Shown: positions 7,702 to 16,080 of the stretch, piece by piece
Layout: each line of letters starts with the position of its first letter
Position numbering within the stretch: position 1 is the stretch's first letter
NCBI GenBank assembly: GCA_022848865.1
Contig: JAJISE010000004.1
Span: forward strand, 1,887-65,886
Length of the DNA stretch: 64,000 bases
Source of the DNA: Thermoplasmatota archaeon
GTDB lineage: Archaea; Thermoplasmatota; Thermoplasmata; RBG-16-68-12; JAGMCJ01
Direction of reading: 5' to 3'
The notes under the pieces: generated by a model
Databases searched by the model: none
What the model saw: only the letters and a program-made list of their open reading frames with translations
Told to the model about the DNA's origin: nothing
Program-made: the position numbers and the translations under genes

Positions 7702-8670
7702 ATGACTGGCCTCATGAAGGTCGTTATGGAACTCCCGCCGGAGATATACGAGCATCTGTCAGCGGTCGCCCGAGCGATGGAGATGAGCATCTCGCAGTTC
7801 GTGCAGGTCGCCCTGGAGAACCAGTTCGCCCTGGAGGGGCTCGAGGTGGGGGAGCGAATCGGCGCCAGATCCCTCGCCCGCTCGCGGGAGCACGCCCTCG
7901 TGGACCCCTGGCGGGGGCTGCGCGGGAGCGATATCCCCTGGGACAGCCTGAAGGTGGAGGAGGAGTACCACGCGTCGTCGACGGTGCTCTGGGGACAGGT
8001 CAATCGCCTCTTCCCGCTCAAGGTCTCCCTGCGCGTGCTGGCCAGCCTCAAGGAGAGAGTCCCGCTCAAGGTCTTCCACATAGAGGCGACGGAGGCGGCG
8101 GTCCGCGTCCGCATGCACCTCGAAGCCTTGGACAGGACGAACCTCATCCCGCGGGGCGAGAGGCTCGCGGCGGGCTTCCCGAAGAACGTGGACAAGTCCA
8201 AGCGGCGGTTCCGCAACCACTTCCTCTGCCACCTCGTGCGGGGCAGGAGACCGGCGGGCGCCCTGGCCCACCTGGGTTTCGTCGCGCTCTCGCGGGAGCC
8301 CGAGACCGTTTCGCTGACGTATCCGGGCATGGACTTCGCCCGCCTCAAGAACCCCATGTTGGAAGCCCCCTCGACGGAGGTCTTCAGCGGGGAGGAGATA
8401 GACTTCCTGCTGGAGTACTTCGAGCACGAGGTCAAGGGCGAGTACGAGCTCTACAGGAGGATGGCCCGCTGGATAGCGTCGGGGGAGGACACGCCCGACA
8501 GGCTGACGGCGAAGATGCTCGTGGGGAGCTCCAAGTCCGTGAAGGTCGTGAACACCATGCGGGCGGGCGCTCTCGGTCGGATGCAGGAGCTCGGTCTGGT
8601 GAGGCGCGAGCGGGACGGGAGGCGGGTGAGGTATCACGTGCGGGAGCGGGGAGAGCGGCTGCTGGGTTGA
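7702..8670 (+). CDS. putative DNA-binding protein, N-terminal ribbon-helix-helix-like segment, Arg-rich winged-helix-like C-terminus (323 aa); function unknown
   Basis: MTGLMKVVMELPPEIYEHLSAVARAMEMSISQFVQVALENQF (RHH-like) ... MQELGLVRRERDGRRVRYHVRERGERLL (wHTH-like). A/T-rich TATA-like ACTATCATATA upstream; alternative leaderless start MKVV at 7717. The same-strand ORF 7434..8693 (Gly/Pro/Arg-rich) was judged spurious. Confidence 0.5.
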   Translation: MTGLMKVVMELPPEIYEHLSAVARAMEMSISQFVQVALENQFALEGLEVGERIGARSLARSREHALVDPWRGLRGSDIPWDSLKVEEEYHASSTVLWGQVNRLFPLKVSLRVLASLKERVPLKVFHIEATEAAVRVRMHLEALDRTNLIPRGERLAAGFPKNVDKSKRRFRNHFLCHLVRGRRPAGALAHLGFVALSREPETVSLTYPGMDFARLKNPMLEAPSTEVFSGEEIDFLLEYFEHEVKGEYELYRRMARWIASGEDTPDRLTAKMLVGSSKSVKVVNTMRAGALGRMQELGLVRRERDGRRVRYHVRERGERLLG

Positions 8671-8707
8671 GGCGTACGATCGCATCAGGGTGATTGAGCA
8701 TGGCGGG
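8669..8707 (+). repeat. partial copy 3 of the conserved element (gaggcgtacgatcgcatcagggtgattgagcatggcggg)
   Basis: Shares the EAYD(S/R)IRVIE(P/H)GG-coding 39-mer with copies 1 and 2; located immediately after the stop of the 7702..8670 gene. Confidence 0.45.
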
Positions 8708-8762
8708 AAGCCTTTTTCTGACGTGAACCCCATTAGGAAGAGATTACGAAGGAGGTGAGAAT

Positions 8763-9197
8763 GTGACTAGGAAGAAGAGCGGTCCGATCGAGCCACCTCG
8801 TCTCACGTGGTCCGCCTTTATCGCTCAAGTTCTTGAAGAACTCGGCGGAGAAGCCAATTTGCCTGCGATATATGAGCACATCGAGGCTAGCAGAAGCGCC
8901 TTCATCCAGAAGAAGGTCGAGCAAGGTCTCAACTGGAGGATGGAGGTTAGGGCGACACTGAGCGGCGAAGGCGACGGTCGTGGGCAAGACGTCTTCAGAA
9001 GCGTCGGAAGGGGATGGTGGAGGCTGAGGGGCGTCCCCATCTCGGACAGGATGGTTGTCAAGGAAATCAGGAAGACGCTGCGGATGTTGGGCAAGGTGAA
9101 GGACATCGAGCTGGACAGGATAGAGCTGGAGTCGCACCTGAATGAGAGGAACCGGGAATCCAGGGACCTGCGGTTCGTGTATCGGATGAAGAGCTGA
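8763..9197 (+). CDS. small winged-helix protein resembling the Mrr_N / HARE-HTH domain (144 aa)
   Basis: GTG start 4 nt after a strong SD (AGGAGGTGA). ..LPAIYEHIEASRSAFIQKK..NWRMEVRATLS..FRSVGRGWWRLRG pattern matches Mrr N-terminal/HARE-HTH architecture; by similarity only. Confidence 0.4.
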   Translation: MTRKKSGPIEPPRLTWSAFIAQVLEELGGEANLPAIYEHIEASRSAFIQKKVEQGLNWRMEVRATLSGEGDGRGQDVFRSVGRGWWRLRGVPISDRMVVKEIRKTLRMLGKVKDIELDRIELESHLNERNRESRDLRFVYRMKS

Positions 9198-9453
9198 GGT
9201 CGGGCGGCTGAAGGAGCCTATTCGGTAGAGCGGAAGCGGGACGGGAAGTGGGTCTGAGTTCGTGGAGCGATGGGTCCTGACACGGAAGAGACAGGAGAGG
9301 AAGAAGAGACGGGTTCTGACGTTTCAAGAAGGAACAACATCGTTTCGGTTCATAATGTGAACTGGGATGGGAAGTGGAGGAGGTCGAAGATAAGGCTAGA
9401 TTTGTGACAGTCTACGGCGAAGTATCTATAGTTAAGTACTTCAAACGGATTAG

Positions 9454-9948
9454 ATGACAGAGCGTGGTGGGGATATGCCGATTCCTGTTGAATCCTTTGA
9501 AGAGAGGCTGCCAGATTACGTACATGAAATCGAGTCCGCAAATTCGGAGAGTACGAAAGCCTTCAACTTCCTGAACTTGGTCAAGGAAGTCTTCATTGGA
9601 ATCAAAGCAGACTACCCTCATGTTCTCTCTCCGAAACTTGAGAAATATGTCAAATCGAAAGGTTCTCAAGTGATGATCAGGGGTAGAATTGATGCCTTGC
9701 TTGGAAACCTGATTGTTGAGTTCAAGATGCGACTCGACGAACGGAGTCTGACTGAGGCCCTGAAGCAATTGAGGACATACCTAGCGGTTCTTTGGACGGA
9801 GGGGGAACCGAGGGTTCGGTATATCGCAATGGTATCGGATGGCATCCAATTCAGGGTCTATCAACCCTCGATTGGGGAAATCAACGAATCGATTCTGCCT
9901 GAAGACATCCGTCTCGAAGAAGTCAACACGCTGAACCTCAAGAAGGAG
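9454..9948 (+). pseudogene. N-terminal fragment (about 165 aa) of a restriction-enzyme-type gene, HSDR_N-like PD-(D/E)xK region, truncated at the junction with fprA; low-GC (about 45%) foreign DNA
   Basis: ..GRIDALLGNLIVEFKMRLDERSLTEALKQLRTYLAVL.. matches the HsdR_N motif (D..E.K ... Q..Y). After about aa 165 the frame continues only as antisense of fprA (no stop until 10716). Sharp GC drop between about 9330 and 9950. Confidence 0.45.
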
Positions 9949-10980
9949 CGGCCTCAGCGCCTTCACGAGATGGGTGGCGTAGAGCGCAACGGGGTGCATC
10001 CCGCCAAGGACGGTGGGCGTGCCGAGGACGATGCCCCGCGAGTCCACGAGCTCCCTGGCGATGTCACCGATGTCCGCGTCGGGGAGCCTGAACAGGTTGA
10101 CCTCGATCCCTTCCGAGAAGAGCGCCTCGACCATCGTCTTGATCATGGTCTCCGTCGAGTTCCACATGCTCACGTACACGACGATGACCTTCTCCTTTGT
10201 CTCTCCCGAGACCCACTGGCGGTATGCGCTGAGGATCCTGTCAGGGTTCCTGTGGACGGGTCCGTGACTCGGGGCGATGATTTTGATGTCAAGGCCGCCA
10301 ATCTTCTCGAGGGCCTTCACGCCCATCTTCCTGAAGGGCATCATTATCTCGCCGAAGTACCTCTTCGCGAAGGGTATCAGCTCCTCCACCTCGTCGTCAT
10401 AGAACCCGTGGGCGGTGTGCAGTCCCAGGAAATCGCACGGGAACAGCACTCGGGCCTCCTCGACGTAAGTGAACATAGTCTCGGGCCAGTGCAGCCACGG
10501 GGCCTCGATGAACCTCAGGGTCTTCCCGCCCAGCGGGATCGTGTCGCCATCGTTGACCACCCGTGTTCTCTCTGCCGGGACGCCGTACTGTACCGATGCC
10601 ATCTCGGCCCCCTTCTTCGTCGTGACGAGCACAGCCGACTCGCTCTTCTCCATGATACGTGGAATCGAACCAGCATGGTCGGGCTCTGCGTGATTCATTA
10701 TGACATAGTCCAGTGATGCCAGCTCGGTGACTTGGCCGATTCTTGCCTGCAGCTCCTCCTCGAACCCAGGCCTCACAGTGTCCACGAGCGCGGTCTTCTG
10801 TTCGCCCTTGACGATATAGGCATTGTACGTCGTTCCTTGCGGGAGAGGGATCAGGGCGTCGAACAGCCTCTGGTTCCAGTCCCTAGCTCCCACCCAATAG
10901 ACCCCATCGGATATCTCCCGTGCGTTATAGCTCTCCAATTCCATCAACTCCATGAATCCATGGTCATGTGGAAGTGACAC
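9781..10980 (-). CDS. fprA: flavodiiron protein FprA (metallo-beta-lactamase plus flavodoxin domains); C-terminus apparently replaced by foreign sequence, possibly inactive
   Basis: YNAYIV, HAEPDHAG (H-x-E-x-D-H diiron motif), flavodoxin segment KVIVVYVSMWNSTETM...GIVLGTPTVLGG. Homology ends after ..LVKALRP, where FGSYGW is expected; the last 54 aa are encoded by the low-GC insert. Confidence 0.7.
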   Translation of the reverse strand: MSLPHDHGFMELMELESYNAREISDGVYWVGARDWNQRLFDALIPLPQGTTYNAYIVKGEQKTALVDTVRPGFEEELQARIGQVTELASLDYVIMNHAEPDHAGSIPRIMEKSESAVLVTTKKGAEMASVQYGVPAERTRVVNDGDTIPLGGKTLRFIEAPWLHWPETMFTYVEEARVLFPCDFLGLHTAHGFYDDEVEELIPFAKRYFGEIMMPFRKMGVKALEKIGGLDIKIIAPSHGPVHRNPDRILSAYRQWVSGETKEKVIVVYVSMWNSTETMIKTMVEALFSEGIEVNLFRLPDADIGDIARELVDSRGIVLGTPTVLGGMHPVALYATHLVKALRPLLLEVQRVDFFETDVFRQNRFVDFPNRGLIDPELDAIRYHCDIPNPRFPLRPKNR

Positions 10981-11048
10981 GCGTCCCCGTCCGAATCCGG
11001 CAGGCGCGGCATGCCTTCCGCTCCCTCTGATGGGGAGGTGATAGATAA

Positions 11049-11306
11049 ATGCAATCCCGAGAAGACCTGATTCCGTGGCTCACCGTCCGCGGCTATAGCG
11101 GAAACATTTCCAACTACACAATGACAGAGTGGCCGAGGAGGCCGAGACCCTGGATGACGTTTCATTCGTTGACAACCAGGCACACGCTCTGCGAAGAACT
11201 CCTCAAGGGCACAGGCATCGTTGTCCTGCCAGGCGCCTCCTTCGAGAGGCCCAAGGAAGGAACTCCCGTCAGACTTCCTCGAGACGTGGCGCTCTGGCAC
11301 GCTTGA
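11049..11306 (+). pseudogene. rearrangement scar: degraded copy of the hdrA 5' end (about 11055-11185) fused to a C-terminal fragment of a class-I aminotransferase (..EELLKGTGIVVLPGASFERPKEGTPVRL)
   Basis: 11117-11185 aligns with hdrA codons about 8-45 (EAETLDDVSFVDNQAH). The aminotransferase C-terminal consensus (G(I/V)xVxPGxxF) follows in another frame, with no start or intact ORF. Confidence 0.5.
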
Positions 11307-11356
11307 AGGAGTGAGAAGAATCGCGCAATGGGCATTCCGCGGGAATCGAGGAAGAA

Positions 11357-12589
11357 TCAGCTCTCCATCTCTGCGAGCTGTTGCACTTCATCAAAGGTAC
11401 CGAGCTCTTCCAGTTCGAGGTCGTCCAACCACAGGGCGTCCTTTGCTCTCGGCGCGGAGAAGAACCCGCCTACGTCCTCAGGGTCCCTCGCCTGGTGGTA
11501 TTTGAGGTAGATGGAATCCTCATCCAATCCCAGGATCTCCACCTTGCCCGTTGTGTGAGACATCACGTATCTGGCCCGCTTGGCGAGACCACTCATGGTC
11601 CTCTTGGCCTCCTCGAAGATGCCGTAGCCCTCTTCCATCGGCACGGAGAAGCATCTGTTACCCCTGGTCGGCCGGCACTGGAAGAGGTAGTAGGGTGTGA
11701 CGCCAGAATGGCTAAGCCGATTGAAGAGCTCGGAGATGACGTCGGGGTCGTCATTCACACCTCGTATCAGGGGCGTCTGGTTGGCGAGCAGGACGCCCGA
11801 GTCCTGTAGCAGGGCGATCGCTCTCATCGCCTGACGTGTCAGCTCCCTCGGGTGGTTGAACTGGGTCATGATGTAGATCCTTCTCTGGGGATTGCTGTGC
11901 TCACTGAGCACCCTGAGCAACATCGGGTCCCGGATTATTCTGTATGGATTGTGAGCGGGCATCTTCGTTCCGATTCGAAGCGTCTTCACGTGGGGTATGC
12001 GGCGGAAGCTCGCGAGTATGCGCTCCAGTCGCTTGGTGCTCAGGATCAGCGGATCGCCGCCCGAGAGCAGCACATTATCGATTTCATCATGCTGACCGAT
12101 GTACTCGAGACCCTCGGAGATGTCCAGACTCGCCTCCTTTCTTGAGGCGGCGAAGAGCCTCTTTCTAAAGCAGAAGCGGCAGATGCCGCCACACACCTTG
12201 CTGATGAGGAATAACGCCGTCGGTGAGTACTTGTGTTGCACCCCCTTGGCGACGTAGTTGCTCTTCTCGTTGCTCGGGTCGAGGGTTCCCCCGTTGTCGA
12301 GTTCGTCCAAGCAGGGGATCACGATTCTCTTGATGGGATCGTTCGGATCATCCCAGTCTATCAGGCTGAGGTAATAGTCGTTGGACCGGAAGGGATAGAT
12401 TCTTGCCACTGGCTCGAGCTCGTCCCTTTCATCCTCTGAGAGTTCAGGGATATCCTCCAGTGACTTGAAGTACCGAACTCTATCTCTCTTTGTCCCAAGT
12501 ATTCTATCAACCTCCGCTCTGTTGCTTTTCGAGCTTCTTGGGCGGGCTTTTCGAGCTGTTGTTGCGGAGTTACCCTTCCCCAATGTCAA
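11357..12589 (-). CDS. KamA-family radical SAM protein (lysine 2,3-aminomutase-like), 410 aa
   Basis: CGGICRFCFRKR (CxxxCxxC radical-SAM cluster motif in a KamA-type context), ..LLSGGDPL.., overall KamA-like length. TATA-like TTTATAC on the minus strand about 55 bp upstream. Confidence 0.7.
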   Translation of the reverse strand: MTLGKGNSATTARKARPRSSKSNRAEVDRILGTKRDRVRYFKSLEDIPELSEDERDELEPVARIYPFRSNDYYLSLIDWDDPNDPIKRIVIPCLDELDNGGTLDPSNEKSNYVAKGVQHKYSPTALFLISKVCGGICRFCFRKRLFAASRKEASLDISEGLEYIGQHDEIDNVLLSGGDPLILSTKRLERILASFRRIPHVKTLRIGTKMPAHNPYRIIRDPMLLRVLSEHSNPQRRIYIMTQFNHPRELTRQAMRAIALLQDSGVLLANQTPLIRGVNDDPDVISELFNRLSHSGVTPYYLFQCRPTRGNRCFSVPMEEGYGIFEEAKRTMSGLAKRARYVMSHTTGKVEILGLDEDSIYLKYHQARDPEDVGGFFSAPRAKDALWLDDLELEELGTFDEVQQLAEMES

Positions 12590-12790
12590 TCACAAATTAC
12601 CTCGTGCTGCGAAATCCTCGCGTGCTCGAGACATGTAAGTGTAGGGTCTTACTGTATAAATGCCTTGCCCATGACAGACAGACATGTTCCAGTGTCTTCT
12701 GGTCAAAGAGTACGGGAACAGTCCAGCGCCCGCATGAACTCCCATGATGCGTTCCCTGATATCCTGTGAAGAGCCAATCCAGATGGAAGT

Positions 12791-13192
12791 TCAGAAATGC
12801 TCCAGGATTTGCATCCACATGCCGATACCCGCTCCGAGGACGGCCATGGCTCCGAAGATGACGAGCGCCTCCCCGTAGAAGTTGACCTCAGATGACCACT
12901 TGTGGTCCTTCCGAGCGAGCAAGGCCATAAACCAGAGAAGGACGCCAGCCGAGAGCACGCTCATGCCTATTTCGGCGGCGAACGGAACGAACATACCCAG
13001 AATGAGGCCCAAGAATCCTAGAACAGTGAAGATCAACAACCGATTGGGCCTTTCAGTGGAAGGCTCGGTGTGTGATTGCATGCGGTTCTGATCCCTCCGT
13101 TCATCATCACCGCGAAACCTTATAATAGCCTCCCTGATATCTGTTGAAAGACCCATTTGAGGCTCAAACCTAGCACTCTGGCTCTTCCTCAC
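12791..13192 (-). CDS. hypothetical small membrane protein (2-3 TM); N-terminal 30 codons lie inside repeat copy B, true start may be M at 13078
   Basis: Hydrophobic core LLIFTVLGFLGLILGMFVPFAAEIGMSVLSAGVLLWFMALLA, AMAVLGAGIGMW. The first 30 codons are antisense of the duplicated hdrA leader. Confidence 0.35.
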   Translation of the reverse strand: MRKSQSARFEPQMGLSTDIREAIIRFRGDDERRDQNRMQSHTEPSTERPNRLLIFTVLGFLGLILGMFVPFAAEIGMSVLSAGVLLWFMALLARKDHKWSSEVNFYGEALVIFGAMAVLGAGIGMWMQILEHF

Positions 13193-13229
13193 GGGGGTAG
13201 ACGGTGAACATCGGCGTATTCGTCTGCGG
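13111..13229 (+). repeat. 119-bp direct repeat copy B: hdrA promoter (TTATAATA), 5' leader and first about 10 codons of hdrA; here it precedes a small membrane-protein gene
   Basis: About 95% identical to 13615..13733. Degenerate fragments also at about 12750-12795 and 11055-11185. Confidence 0.7.
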
Positions 13230-13276
13230 TCGCGGGAAAGTTCTTATCCACACATCGTGATGATTCCACGAGGAAG

Positions 13277-13609
13277 ATGCTCGATCTCAGCGTTCTGAGG
13301 GCAAAGGACCAAGATGAAGCCCGCTTCCGAAGGTTGGTGTTCTTGATAGTCACCGCAGTCCTGGTCGTCCTCGCCGCTTTGTCCGGCTGGAAGTTGTTCA
13401 TGACGGGAGGAGGATGGGCCTTCTTCACTTGGGCAGAAATGATCTACTGGTGGCCCGGGTACCTCATAGGCTACGAACGCGGATCCTATCTCCCGATCGT
13501 TGTTTCCGTTCTCTGGTGGCTGCTGCTCGGGAGAGTCATCGCCACGCTACTGATGGTCGCAAGGAGAGGTCGGCCGGAAATGCGTACTCCAGCACCCGAA
13601 GAAGAATGA
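13277..13609 (+). CDS. hypothetical small membrane protein (110 aa) downstream of the duplicated hdrA promoter
   Basis: ORF with hydrophobic helices (LVFLIVTAVLVVLAALSGW, LPIVVSVLWWLLLGRVIATLLMV), bracketed by repeat copies B and C. Confidence 0.4.
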   Translation: MLDLSVLRAKDQDEARFRRLVFLIVTAVLVVLAALSGWKLFMTGGGWAFFTWAEMIYWWPGYLIGYERGSYLPIVVSVLWWLLLGRVIATLLMVARRGRPEMRTPAPEEE

Positions 13610-13614
13610 GCCCC

Positions 13615-13733
13615 CGCGAAACCTTATAATAGCCTCCCTGATATCTGTTGAAAGACCCATTTGAGGCTCAAACCTAGCACTCTGGCTCTTCCTCACGGGG
13701 GTAGGCTGTGAACATCGGCGTATTCGTCTGCGG
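13615..13733 (+). repeat. 119-bp direct repeat copy C: native hdrA promoter (BRE/TATA cgaaaccTTATAATAgcc), about 70-nt leader and GTG start region
   Basis: See copy B. TATA at about 13623-13630, about 80 bp upstream of the hdrA GTG at 13708; GGGGGTAGG SD-like. Confidence 0.7.
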
Positions 13734-15666
13734 CTGCAGCGGGAACATCTCCAAGCACATAGACACCGGCAAGGTGGCCAAGGAGGCCGAGACCCTCGAT
13801 GACGTTTCATTCGTTGACAACCAGGCCCACCTCTGCGCTCTGGCGGGGAGGGAGTACTTCCAGAAGGCAATCAAGGAGCACGAGCTCGACCGGCTGGTCA
13901 TAGTCGCCTGCTCGCCGAAGCTGCACGAGGACACGTTCCGCGGCTGGGCGTCCGAGGCCGGGGTGAATCCCTACCGCGTGGAGATGGTCAACGCCCGCGA
14001 GCACATCGCCTGGGTTCACGACGACAAGAGGAAGGCGACCGAGGCGGCGATCGCGGTCATGCGCGGGACGGTGGCGAAGGCCCGCTTGATCGAACCGCTC
14101 AAGCCGAAGAGGGTGCCCGTGGAACAGTCCTGCCTCGTAATCGGGGGCGGCGTGGCGGGGATCCAGGCGGCGCTCGACGTCGCGGACAACGGCTTCAAGG
14201 TCTACCTGCTGGACAAGGAGCCCAGCATCGGTGGCAAGATGGCGCAGCTGGACAAGACCTTCCCGACGCTGGACTGCTCGGCATGCATACTCACGCCCAA
14301 GATGGTGGACGCCGCCAGACACGAGAACATCGAGCTTGTCACGTACGCGGACGTCAAGGACGTGCAGGGCCATGTGGGTGACTTCACCGTGCGCGTGCTG
14401 CTGAAGCCGCGATACATAGACATGGACAAGTGCGTCGGCTGCGGCGTCTGCGCCGAGGAGTGCAGGATGGCGGGCCGCATTGACAGCGAGTTTGACATGA
14501 ACCTCGGCAAGCGGGGGGCGGCGTACATACCCTTCCCCCAGGCGGTCCCGCTCAAGTTCCTCATCGACCCGGAGACCTGCCTTATGCTCACGAAGGGCAA
14601 GTGCGGCAAGTCGCCGAAGTGCGTCGATGCCTGCGCCCGCGAGGCGATAAACTTCGAGGACGTGGAGAAGGAGATAGACCTGCACGTAGGAACGATAATC
14701 CTCTCGACGGGCTACGACTTCTACGACGCCTCTCAGAAGCCCAACCTGGGGCTGGAGCACGAGGGCGTGATTACGGGAATGGTCTTCGAGCGCCTCGTCA
14801 ACGCCAGCGGGCCGACGGGCGGGGAGTTCCTCATCAACGACAAGAAGCCCAAGAAGGCCGCCTTCATCCAGTGCGTCGGGTCGCGCGACGATTCCAAGGG
14901 CATATCCTATTGCTCGAAAATCTGCTGCATGTACACGGCCAAGCAGGCCCACATGATCCACGAGAAGATGCACGGCGGCGAGGTCGTCGTCTACTACGCC
15001 GACATGCGCGCGTACGGCAAGGGCTTCGAGGAGTTCTTCAACCGCGTGCGTGCCGAGGGCGTGGACTACCGCCGGCGGGAGCTGGACGAGGACATTCTCG
15101 TGGCGATGAAGAAAGGCGGGCTCGTGGTGAAGGCGAAGTGGCATCCGAAGTACGAGTGCGACCTGGTCGTGCTGTGCAACGGCGCGGTCCCGACCGCCGA
15201 TTCAGAATTCCTATCCAACATACTCAACGTGAAGCGGAGCGAGGACGGCTTCTTCCAGGAGCAGCACCCCGCCCTGCATCCGGTGGACACGAACGAGCCA
15301 GGCATCTTTCTGGCGGGCTGCGTACAGGGGCCCAAGGACATCCCGGACTCAGTCGCTCAGGCGAGCGGGGCGGCCGCCAGGGCGAATCGCATCCTGGGCG
15401 CGAAGGAGATCTGGATCGACCCCACTATTGCGTACGTGGACACGGACCGTTGCCGATGGTGCGGTAAATGCGCTGACGCCTGCGAGTTCCGTGCCATCGA
15501 GATAGTGCAGACGAACGGCGTGCGGGCCGCGAAAGTCAATGACGTCCTGTGCAGGGGCTGCGGCGCCTGCGTGGTGGTCTGCCCGACGAACGCGATGGAC
15601 ATCCGCGAGTATTCGAACGATCAGATGGGCGCCGTCCTGGACGCCGCCGCGAAATGGAGGTCCTAG
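13708..15666 (+). CDS. hdrA: heterodisulfide reductase subunit A (HdrA), FAD plus multiple [4Fe-4S], 652 aa
   Basis: N-terminal Cys cluster GVFVCGCSGNI, FAD motif VIGGGVAGIQAALD, ferredoxin motifs CVGCGVCAEEC and CRGCGACVVVCP, thioredoxin-reductase-like core. GTG start. Confidence 0.9.
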   Translation: MNIGVFVCGCSGNISKHIDTGKVAKEAETLDDVSFVDNQAHLCALAGREYFQKAIKEHELDRLVIVACSPKLHEDTFRGWASEAGVNPYRVEMVNAREHIAWVHDDKRKATEAAIAVMRGTVAKARLIEPLKPKRVPVEQSCLVIGGGVAGIQAALDVADNGFKVYLLDKEPSIGGKMAQLDKTFPTLDCSACILTPKMVDAARHENIELVTYADVKDVQGHVGDFTVRVLLKPRYIDMDKCVGCGVCAEECRMAGRIDSEFDMNLGKRGAAYIPFPQAVPLKFLIDPETCLMLTKGKCGKSPKCVDACAREAINFEDVEKEIDLHVGTIILSTGYDFYDASQKPNLGLEHEGVITGMVFERLVNASGPTGGEFLINDKKPKKAAFIQCVGSRDDSKGISYCSKICCMYTAKQAHMIHEKMHGGEVVVYYADMRAYGKGFEEFFNRVRAEGVDYRRRELDEDILVAMKKGGLVVKAKWHPKYECDLVVLCNGAVPTADSEFLSNILNVKRSEDGFFQEQHPALHPVDTNEPGIFLAGCVQGPKDIPDSVAQASGAAARANRILGAKEIWIDPTIAYVDTDRCRWCGKCADACEFRAIEIVQTNGVRAAKVNDVLCRGCGACVVVCPTNAMDIREYSNDQMGAVLDAAAKWRS

Positions 15667-16080
15667 ATGGCGTTCGAACCGAAGATACTGGCGTTCACGT
15701 GCGATTACTGCGCCTACTCGGGCACGGACCTGGCGGGCATCTCCAGGGCGAAGTACCCCTTCGACGTGCGAATCGTACGCGTCATGTGCTCCGGGCGGGT
15801 GGACCCGGGCATGATATTCCGTGCCTTCGAGCACGGGGTGGATGGCGTGCTCGTGGCGGGCTGTCACAAGGGAGACTGCAACTACCTCTACGGGAGCGAG
15901 AAGGCCGAGGAGAAGATAGGCGCCGCCAGGGAGCTGGCCGAGGCGCTAGGACTGGGAGAGGACCGCATCCGCCTGGAGTGGTTCTCAGCATCCGAGGGCA
16001 GGAAGTTCACGGAGACGATCAAGGACTTCGCGAAGGAGCTCAAGAGGCTGGGGCCGAACGCGGCGGGGGCGGTGAGATGA
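15667..16080 (+). CDS. mvhD: methyl-viologen-reducing hydrogenase delta subunit homolog MvhD ([2Fe-2S])
   Basis: AFTCDYCAYSGTDLAG...VMCSGRV...GCHKGDC (MvhD signature). ATG immediately after the hdrA TAG. Confidence 0.85.
   Translation: MAFEPKILAFTCDYCAYSGTDLAGISRAKYPFDVRIVRVMCSGRVDPGMIFRAFEHGVDGVLVAGCHKGDCNYLYGSEKAEEKIGAARELAEALGLGEDRIRLEWFSASEGRKFTETIKDFAKELKRLGPNAAGAVR

Noticed and set aside
7434-8693. 419-aa plus-strand ORF in an alternative frame of the 7702..8670 gene
   Set aside because: Translation is Gly/Pro/Arg low-complexity (typical off-frame of a GC-rich gene); the 7702..8670 frame has balanced, motif-bearing composition.
9454-10716. 420-aa plus-strand ORF treated as a full-length protein
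   Set aside because: Only the first about 165 aa are protein-like (HsdR_N-type). The remainder is the antisense of fprA, so it is called as a truncated fragment or pseudogene instead.
13807-15144. 445-aa minus-strand ORF (and many similar ones: 20284..21585, 22577..23650, 25832..26992, 32217..33131, 33518..34810, 36463..37620, 47168..48481, 7497..8435, 7759..8733)
   Set aside because: Antisense of well-supported genes (hdrA, fdhA, permease, acs, fhs, purD, FG-GAP protein, aglB, the 7702..8670 gene). High GC suppresses stop codons, and the translations are Arg/Gly/Pro/Ala-rich low-complexity with no motifs.
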